Positions 55,678 to 64,000 of a stretch of DNA of 64,000 bases are shown piece after piece. Source of the DNA: Raillietiella orientalis (Eukaryota); assembly GCA_036172245.1 (NCBI GenBank), contig JAYWIR010000038.1, positions 558,001 through 622,000 on the forward strand, written 5' to 3'. A model generated the notes under the pieces. That model saw only the letters and a list, made by a program, of their open reading frames with translations. It had not been told where the DNA came from and did not search any database. A program made the position numbers and the translations under genes. The first letter of the stretch is position 1. Every line of letters begins with the position of its first letter.

Positions 55678-58009
55678 TTCCGCCTCTTACGGAAGCGGGT
55701 AAGGAGGGGCGGGAAGCGGAAGAGTCGCGCCGCCAGCGTTCGAGCACCGCGAGCAGAGCGCTTGGGGGGCTCGGCGCCCACGAGACGGCTGCCCCGAGAA
55801 GGAACGGGCCGCTCCAGGACGAGGAGCAGGAGGCGGGCCGGCGGTACACGGCGAAGACGACGCCCGGACCGGAAACGGAAATGCGCAACTCCGCGGACCT
55901 CCCGGGAGATGCTCCGGGAGCGGAAGGCGCGATTCGCCCCTCCCGAGAGGGGGGTGGGGATCCATACGCGCGGCCCTGAGACCGGTCACCGCTCGGCAGC
56001 GCGCTGGCAGCCAGCACCCGTGCCGCCGGCGAGCAGGACGCTTGCGCTTCCGCCCACGATCTCTCCCTCCGGCACCGCTGCGCCCGAGGAATCTGCGTTC
56101 TCAGGAGCGCCGCACTTCCGGTCGAGGATAGGGGGTTGCCGCCCACACGGGGCCCCCTTTACAAGAGCGGCGAGACCGACGCGCGCAAGGCAACACGCAG
56201 GGAGAGGAGCCGAAGCTGTCCCCGCCGCTGCTGCCCTCTGACGACGGATCGCGGTGCTCCCGCCGGTCCTGCTGCCGCCGCCCTCAACAACCAGCGCCTT
56301 CCCCGCGGTCCGGGAGAGCGAGCGCCGGTCCTACCCACCGGAAGCGCCCGGTGCTGAGAACCTTGGCATTCGCCCCGTGTGGGGTTTGGACGCGAGTCGG
56401 GGCCTCCTCCGCCCATCCGCCCCGCCCGACGGACCCTTTGTCCTCGCCCTTCTTCTCCGATAGCGCCTGCGCGCAACAGCAGAGGCAGCGAGCAGCCCGT
56501 TCGCCTTTCGCCCCTATGCCCACGCGCAACCCGGAAGAAATACAGAAAGAGAAAGAGAAAGCGGGGAGAAGGGAAGAGCGTGGTACTCGCCCGTCGACGG
56601 TCCGGCCGACCGATCCGCACTGGGAACCGGACGTCCAAAGAGAGGCGTCCGCGCCCCCCGGATCGGAAGAGGTGGCGCAGAGGTCGGAAGCAAGCAGGAG
56701 CCTCGGACTCCTCCGGAACGAAGTAGCGGCGCGAGCGCAGAGCAGCCACCGTGGCTCACGGGTGGCAGGCCGCGGTCGCTCGAGCTACTTCCTAGCCAAC
56801 CAACCAACCCGTGCTCCTCCCCTCCCGGTCGCCCCCATCGCGCGCCTCAGTTCCCTCGACGGAGATTCCCTTCGCGGTGCAGAAACGACCGGCCCTCTGT
56901 CGGGGAGAGAGTGGCGCAAGCGTGGAGGTGGCACGGGGCGCGAGGCGGAGGCTCTTCCTGCAAAGAGGAATCAAGGGGGAACCTAACATGGCGTCCCCAA
57001 CGAGATGCAGGGGTCGCGGGAAAGCGACTGCTGACCCTGCTCTTCACCTTCCTGCTGCGTTGCCCCACGTCTCCGTGTCTGCCTCGAGGGTGCAACCTCC
57101 ACTCAGCGGGCTCAGCCGACCGGCGAGCCGGCGCTCTTCCCTGGATTCTCCTTGGAATCGCATGGAGTCCTTGCCCGTTCGCGCTGTGCTGTTCCTCGCG
57201 TGTTCCTGAGCGCGACGTGGAGCGATCAGATGACACGACCTCCCCACCGGTCCCCCTTCATGCGGATCCGTTCCTACCCTTGTCCCGTTCCCAGTCCGCG
57301 GCGGCGGCTGTGAGACCGCGGCCTCCTCCGTGTGTGGCACCGGGCGTCGCGGGTTCGAATCCCGCTCGAGGAGGGGTCGACTCCCCTTGATAAACGGGTG
57401 CGTCGTAGATTCCAAGTGTCTCCCTCGGGACGACGTTGGTTGACCCACGGGATTGGGGCGCGGCTGCACCGGTGGGAAGCTGGAAACCCCCGGATGCCCC
57501 CGTTGAGTGGCCGGGATGGAACCTGTAGACCCTGTGGGGTCGTTCCAGGACATCGAGGAGCCCTTCGGAATCCCCCTCCGGTGGTGAAGAGGGAGCCGTC
57601 CATCGCGTACCATGGAGCCTGTCGAGCATCTCACTCGAAGGGTCTCCTCTACAGAGCGCAAGAAGCGCGCTGCTCCCTTCGGGAAGCACCCCTCGGAGAA
57701 ATCGGGATGCGTCTCTTCGGGGTTCCCTTCAGAGGAGGAAACCAGGAGCGGATCCTTTCCAGGGGGTCCCTCCGGGGAGAACAAGGAAGAGGAGTTTTGG
57801 GGACGACTAGGATTTAGGGTTCCATTCGGGGTTCCCTCGCAAGCGTAAGAGAGGAACGGACCCCTTCCTCCGGCGCCTTCCTGGATTCATGGGTCGGTCC
57901 CCTCTTGGGCACTTTCCATCTTGAAGGGTAAAAATGCACCTCCGGGTAGCGTGGACGGGTTTCCAGTGCTCCGCGAGCCCCCTCTGAGGAGGCGGGTGGT
58001 CCTTCAGCA
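55678..58009. repeat. Left arm of 2332-bp inverted duplication
   Basis: Reverse complement of 60979-63310 (position i pairs with 118988-i). Mirror ORFs give identical translations. One mismatch seen at 57872/61116. Confidence 0.98.
57295..58009 (+). mobile_element. SINE-like copy inside the left inverted arm; 3' tail cut off at the duplication breakpoint
   Basis: Head ggcaccgggcgtcgcgggttcgaatcccg at ~57336-57364. Ends at ccttcagca without the ...ggaccaaaa tail. Confidence 0.88.
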
Positions 58010-59611
58010 GCAGCCGAGCGGGACGAGATGAAGTGAGGATGCGAATCTCTCGGGCTGCTCGGAGACTACGTTCCCAGTATCGGTGACTCCTTCGCAATTT
58101 CGTAATCCCGGAACCGTACCTGCCTGTGCAATTGGGGAAAAGAGTCCCTCTCCCCCTCCCTCAGGCACGCGCACGAGGGATCTGCCCGTCCTCCGGGAGA
58201 AGTTCGTCGTGTCTCAGAGGCAACGGGAAGATCAGGACGAATATGGGGTCCCTCAGCAGGAAATGAGGAAGGGGTTTTCTTCGTGGTCCTTTTCAGATAA
58301 CAGGAGCGCGTCTTCTCTGACAAACACCGCAGGTCGCCGTCGTGAAAGATCCCCTGGGCGTGGCCAGATGCGGACCACCTGAAGCAGGTTCCGTGGAACG
58401 CCAGCGCTGCCGCTCCCGAAGGAGCAGCTGCTGCAGCAGGGGGGAAAGCGGGGAACCTCCGCACGGGGGAACAAGCAAGGCTGGCGTAACGTCCGTGGAA
58501 TGGGCAGCATCGGCAGCGGCACGCGCGGATGCTAGCGGCGTTCAAAGGACCGAGCGGGCGCCTCGCCTCCTGCTGGATGTTTCCAGTCTTCTCTCGTTTC
58601 CATAGTCGCTTGGATCATCCTGACGGTGCTCTCTCCTGTGGACATGGGAACGATGCAAGCTCCTCGACTGGGGGTCAAAAGCCAAATTATCACTTGAGGG
58701 AGGAGAAAAGAAAAGGAGAAAAAAATGACGGTTTCCAGTCACGTGGTTGAAAGCAGAAGAAAAAAAAAATGAGAAGTGGAGGGGAGGTTTTTCCAGGCTT
58801 TCGTTCCCGCTTCCCCTCGACTACCGGCTGGAAGTCCTGCTTTCCCTCAAGGGGCGGAGGGTTCCGGAGCTTGCTGAATGCGAAAGAGTGGCGATGGCAG
58901 AAGGTCGCCCCCTCTGCATCAGACGGGTGCGGAGGCAGGAAGATGAAACTCTTAGAGCCTCGCTTGGATCGCAGGGCTCAGGGCAGTGGAGTTGACCACA
59001 GGTTTTGGGCGCAAAGCTAGGGGGAAAGATGTGCCTCCGCCCACTCAACCTCGTGAGTGTTGCCGCCTCCGAGACCGAAGCCATATTCGCACTCGCATAC
59101 GGCGCGTCGATCTCCCAGGAAGACACGGAAACGACCTCCCCTCCTTCCTCCCTCCTGAATGTTCGCGAGAGTGAAGATACACTGGTCGTCTCTCCCTCCC
59201 GCCGGACGGTGGCCCCACGTCGTCTCGTCCGCACCTGAGCATCTTTGCAGTCAGACGGACCGTGCAAGGGACACCATTCTCGTTATGGCGGTGCGGATCC
59301 CGGTGTGTCGGGGAAGGATCCCTTCTGGTCACCTGACGTGAACACAGAAGGAAAAAGTGCGCCCGGGGCAGAGCGGTGTTGGGTGCGGCTCTGCCCAACG
59401 CCGCTTGCCCTCAAGGTCGGACGCCTTGCCGACCGCCTCTTCGAGGTGGACGCCGTCGGCGCCTCGTCGCTCCCTATCGATTCCTTCGAGAAGCGGATGG
59501 AGGGAGCCCCTCCTGGTCACTCCATCCTCTTCCCCATCGACTTCCGCAACTCTTTTTCCCGCGGAGGACTTGGCAGGAATCTGGCAAGGCGCGTGCGTGG
59601 GATGCTGCCTG

Positions 59612-59621
59612 CTAAAAATAG
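59612..59621. promoter_or_regulatory. Perfect MEF2 consensus site in the spacer of the inverted duplication
   Basis: CTAAAAATAG. Target gene unknown. Confidence 0.35.
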
Positions 59622-60959
59622 ACCACTCCCTAGTGGTGGCGAACCCGGCACTATCAACCCTTTCCTTCCAGCCTCCTGCGTGGATTCGCAGCAGGATGAC
59701 CTCCTTGAGAAAATGTTCTGCAAGGAATGCATCCAGAAGAGGGGATCTGGGGAGCTTCGACCACTGAAGCACCGAGGAACGGTGGAGGAGAGGGTGAGTG
59801 TGGCCCACTGGGAAGCACGAGCCCGCGTGCATTCCTGAGGCTCGGGGGCTCGGCAAAACGCCATTTTCTCCGACAAGGAGGGCGGAGGGGAGGAGGCACG
59901 CAGAGGTGGTGCCAGGGGTGGACCGTCTCTCAGTTTCCAGGGTCCCGTGAGAAGCTTCTTGCCAAGAAACCCCTCCGTTGGGCATCTGTCCGGGAACATC
60001 TGGAGGACGCGTTAAACTTTCCCTGATGGCGCCGCCGTAAGGGTACCCATCCTTCTCATTGTCGGAAAAAAGCAGGACTCCCAGCCCCTTGACGGACGTT
60101 GCCTCGACAACCGCGAGTGGAGACGTTTAAGCTGGTGACTCAGAGAGAATCGTTGGGGATGGACGATTTCGCCGGGAAGCAGAGCGCAGGTTTCACGAGT
60201 GGGGAAGTGCGGGATGCGTGGCAATCCGAGCCCTTGGATTGAAGAACGGGTCTTCTCCCGCTCTCTAAAACGAAGGACCTACTTTTTTCTCCTTTTTTCC
60301 TTCCTGGAATGACTTCGACTTGATCGAGACTCTCGAATACTTTCTAAAAGATGGCGAATCCTGGTCCTGGCTCCAGGCAACCTTTCACCTTCCTTCAGTA
60401 CGGCGTCGGACGCTCCCGTCTTTCTGGCCTTCCTGGTCTCCCTGCCTCCCTCCCATATCGAAAATTGGCCGCGCCAGCTTTCCATGCGACATCTAGAAAT
60501 CACAATTCATTCATCGCGAGTCTGCGTCCCCATCTGACCACTCTGTGTGCAGCTTCCATTTGAAGAACGGCAGCTGCGACGCCCACGTGGGAAGCGCGCG
60601 GAGGAACAGAGGAGGCTCGAGTCCACCTCCTCCTTCTCTTCTTCCTCCACGCGCTCCTCCAGGAATAGCGCACGTCGTTACCGGACCCATCGCTTCGACT
60701 CCCTTCGGAAGTCCCACATTCCCGAAAGCTCCACGTAGTGGGGGGGGGCGCTACTCGATTAGAGTCAGGGGAAGCCGCGCCGGCAGCCTCATGCAGAGCG
60801 ACCACTACAGCTTCCTCCGTCGGATGACCGGCAGAAGCTCATAGCGCGACGCGACTGCTGGATCAGAGTTTCAAGAGCGCCCACGACCGGCCCACTGCTG
60901 CAGTCGCCCGCTCATCCCTCAATACACGGAGACAAAAGTTTGGGGTTTCTTTCTTTCCC

Positions 60960-61693
60960 TTTTTGGCCCCCGAGGAGGTGCTGAAGGACCACCCGCCTCC
61001 TCAGAGGGGGCTCGCGGAGCACTGGAAACCCGTCCACGCTACCCGGAGGTGCATTTTTACCCTTCAAGATGGAAAGTGCCCAAGAGGGGACCGACCCATG
61101 AATCCAGGAAGGCGCAGGAGGAAGGGGTCCGTTCCTCTCTTACGCTTGCGAGGGAACCCCGAATGGAACCCTAAATCCTAGTCGTCCCCAAAACTCCTCT
61201 TCCTTGTTCTCCCCGGAGGGACCCCCTGGAAAGGATCCGCTCCTGGTTTCCTCCTCTGAAGGGAACCCCGAAGAGACGCATCCCGATTTCTCCGAGGGGT
61301 GCTTCCCGAAGGGAGCAGCGCGCTTCTTGCGCTCTGTAGAGGAGACCCTTCGAGTGAGATGCTCGACAGGCTCCATGGTACGCGATGGACGGCTCCCTCT
61401 TCACCACCGGAGGGGGATTCCGAAGGGCTCCTCGATGTCCTGGAACGACCCCACAGGGTCTACAGGTTCCATCCCGGCCACTCAACGGGGGCATCCGGGG
61501 GTTTCCAGCTTCCCACCGGTGCAGCCGCGCCCCAATCCCGTGGGTCAACCAACGTCGTCCCGAGGGAGACACTTGGAATCTACGACGCACCCGTTTATCA
61601 AGGGGAGTCGACCCCTCCTCGAGCGGGATTCGAACCCGCGACGCCCGGTGCCACACACGGAGGAGGCCGCGGTCTCACAGCCGCCGCCGCGGA
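60960..61693 (-). mobile_element. SINE-like copy in the right inverted arm; tail extends beyond the arm
   Basis: Tail tttttggcccccgaggaggtgctgaaggacc; head gggattcgaacccgcgacgcccggtgcc at ~61625-61652. Confidence 0.88.
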
Positions 61694-63310
61694 CTGGGAA
61701 CGGGACAAGGGTAGGAACGGATCCGCATGAAGGGGGACCGGTGGGGAGGTCGTGTCATCTGATCGCTCCACGTCGCGCTCAGGAACACGCGAGGAACAGC
61801 ACAGCGCGAACGGGCAAGGACTCCATGCGATTCCAAGGAGAATCCAGGGAAGAGCGCCGGCTCGCCGGTCGGCTGAGCCCGCTGAGTGGAGGTTGCACCC
61901 TCGAGGCAGACACGGAGACGTGGGGCAACGCAGCAGGAAGGTGAAGAGCAGGGTCAGCAGTCGCTTTCCCGCGACCCCTGCATCTCGTTGGGGACGCCAT
62001 GTTAGGTTCCCCCTTGATTCCTCTTTGCAGGAAGAGCCTCCGCCTCGCGCCCCGTGCCACCTCCACGCTTGCGCCACTCTCTCCCCGACAGAGGGCCGGT
62101 CGTTTCTGCACCGCGAAGGGAATCTCCGTCGAGGGAACTGAGGCGCGCGATGGGGGCGACCGGGAGGGGAGGAGCACGGGTTGGTTGGTTGGCTAGGAAG
62201 TAGCTCGAGCGACCGCGGCCTGCCACCCGTGAGCCACGGTGGCTGCTCTGCGCTCGCGCCGCTACTTCGTTCCGGAGGAGTCCGAGGCTCCTGCTTGCTT
62301 CCGACCTCTGCGCCACCTCTTCCGATCCGGGGGGCGCGGACGCCTCTCTTTGGACGTCCGGTTCCCAGTGCGGATCGGTCGGCCGGACCGTCGACGGGCG
62401 AGTACCACGCTCTTCCCTTCTCCCCGCTTTCTCTTTCTCTTTCTGTATTTCTTCCGGGTTGCGCGTGGGCATAGGGGCGAAAGGCGAACGGGCTGCTCGC
62501 TGCCTCTGCTGTTGCGCGCAGGCGCTATCGGAGAAGAAGGGCGAGGACAAAGGGTCCGTCGGGCGGGGCGGATGGGCGGAGGAGGCCCCGACTCGCGTCC
62601 AAACCCCACACGGGGCGAATGCCAAGGTTCTCAGCACCGGGCGCTTCCGGTGGGTAGGACCGGCGCTCGCTCTCCCGGACCGCGGGGAAGGCGCTGGTTG
62701 TTGAGGGCGGCGGCAGCAGGACCGGCGGGAGCACCGCGATCCGTCGTCAGAGGGCAGCAGCGGCGGGGACAGCTTCGGCTCCTCTCCCTGCGTGTTGCCT
62801 TGCGCGCGTCGGTCTCGCCGCTCTTGTAAAGGGGGCCCCGTGTGGGCGGCAACCCCCTATCCTCGACCGGAAGTGCGGCGCTCCTGAGAACGCAGATTCC
62901 TCGGGCGCAGCGGTGCCGGAGGGAGAGATCGTGGGCGGAAGCGCAAGCGTCCTGCTCGCCGGCGGCACGGGTGCTGGCTGCCAGCGCGCTGCCGAGCGGT
63001 GACCGGTCTCAGGGCCGCGCGTATGGATCCCCACCCCCCTCTCGGGAGGGGCGAATCGCGCCTTCCGCTCCCGGAGCATCTCCCGGGAGGTCCGCGGAGT
63101 TGCGCATTTCCGTTTCCGGTCCGGGCGTCGTCTTCGCCGTGTACCGCCGGCCCGCCTCCTGCTCCTCGTCCTGGAGCGGCCCGTTCCTTCTCGGGGCAGC
63201 CGTCTCGTGGGCGCCGAGCCCCCCAAGCGCTCTGCTCGCGGTGCTCGAACGCTGGCGGCGCGACTCTTCCGCTTCCCGCCCCTCCTTACCCGCTTCCGTA
63301 AGAGGCGGAA
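60979..63310. repeat. Right arm of 2332-bp inverted duplication
   Basis: Reverse complement of 55678-58009; spacer 58010-60978 (2969 bp). Confidence 0.98.
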
Positions 63311-64000
63311 TCTGGCCATGTGGATCCTTGTAGCGTGATGAGTGTCGTCGTAGGCGAAGTCTCGGGAAGCATGTAGCAGTTTGTGCTGGGTGGTCGCCTT
63401 CGTTTGCTGTGGATCTTTCTCGAAGGAGGGTTTAGCTATTCTTCACTCGCTGGATGCTGCAGCAATTTTTTTCCCTCCAGAGATGCATGGAATTTCGTTA
63501 GTTATGGTGACGCCGCGGAGGTCCGTCGACCCTGCTTCCCTAGAGAAGAGAGAAGGGGAAGGAAGACGGTGTGACGACTTCTAGGAATGCGTCCGTGAGC
63601 TCAGGAAGGAAGGTTGAGAGGGATCGCGACCTTCTGTCCTTTGCGATCGAACCCACTTTCTCTCTTTATTCCGGTGGAGTGCCTCACGCAGCTGTTTGCT
63701 GTTTGCCTGCCTCCCCCTCATTCCCTTCCCTTGTGCACCAGAGATGGTCCTCCTCCTCATTTGCGTGCTTCTTCGGCAGAGAAGACGAAGGAGCGCATTC
63801 GAGGGTCTCCCTCGCTTCTCGCGCGTGACAGGACCTTATCTGGGGCGAATTCCCTCTGGATGCCAGCGCAACCATCCCTCTTAATCCCCTTACTTCTCGA
63901 AAGAGAGAAACTCCTCCTGGTAGTCAGGATCTTCGCCACAAGTCGCACCGACAGCTCTAGAAGGAGGTTGCGACCAGAAATTCCTCTCGGGTCAGTGGAG

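Noticed and set aside
57295..57372. tRNA gene suggested by GGTTCGAATCCC (also ~10550, ~48020, ~61625)
   Set aside because: No convincing acceptor stem or D-arm, and always attached to the same 0.6-kb repeat body, so treated as a SINE head.
55678..63310. Foldback or large DNA transposon with long terminal inverted repeats
   Set aside because: No target-site duplication, no internal tandem sub-repeats, no transposase, and one arm ends within a pre-existing SINE.
45700..64000. ORFs in the right GC-rich block, including the mirrored 246-, 211- and 196-aa ORFs
   Set aside because: No protein motifs recognised. Identical mirrored translations reflect the DNA duplication, not coding constraint.

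Overview
Eukaryotic, intron-containing DNA. The proteins look arthropod-like, possibly crustacean (inference). Three spliced genes can be rebuilt by hand: (1) a troponin C gene on the minus strand (6 coding exons, 20081->9236, 152 aa) in a very GC-rich block; (2) a UBE3B-type IQ+HECT E3 ligase on the plus strand (~26881->33665); (3) a complete SERCA Ca2+-ATPase on the minus strand (16 exons, 41584->34135, 1020 aa), with a candidate alternative last exon at 33810-33841. UBE3B and SERCA are convergent and lie in an AT-rich, visibly CpG-poor block (~24.9-41.9 kb) where most introns are 40-55 nt. The GC-rich flanks carry at least six copies of a ~0.7-kb tRNA-headed, A-tailed SINE-like repeat and a near-perfect 2332-bp inverted duplication (55678-58009 / 60979-63310). 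Perfect MEF2-type sites occur in the GC-rich DNA. An orphan acceptor plus short terminal exon (VLENKPK*) just upstream of SERCA hints at another gene, possibly a tandem SERCA paralog, ending there. Most ORFs in the supplied track are chance frames of GC-rich non-coding DNA. I cannot demonstrate a new biological system; the best leads are the inverted duplication (possible hairpin-RNA source), the SINE family and the TnC/SERCA muscle-calcium neighbourhood.
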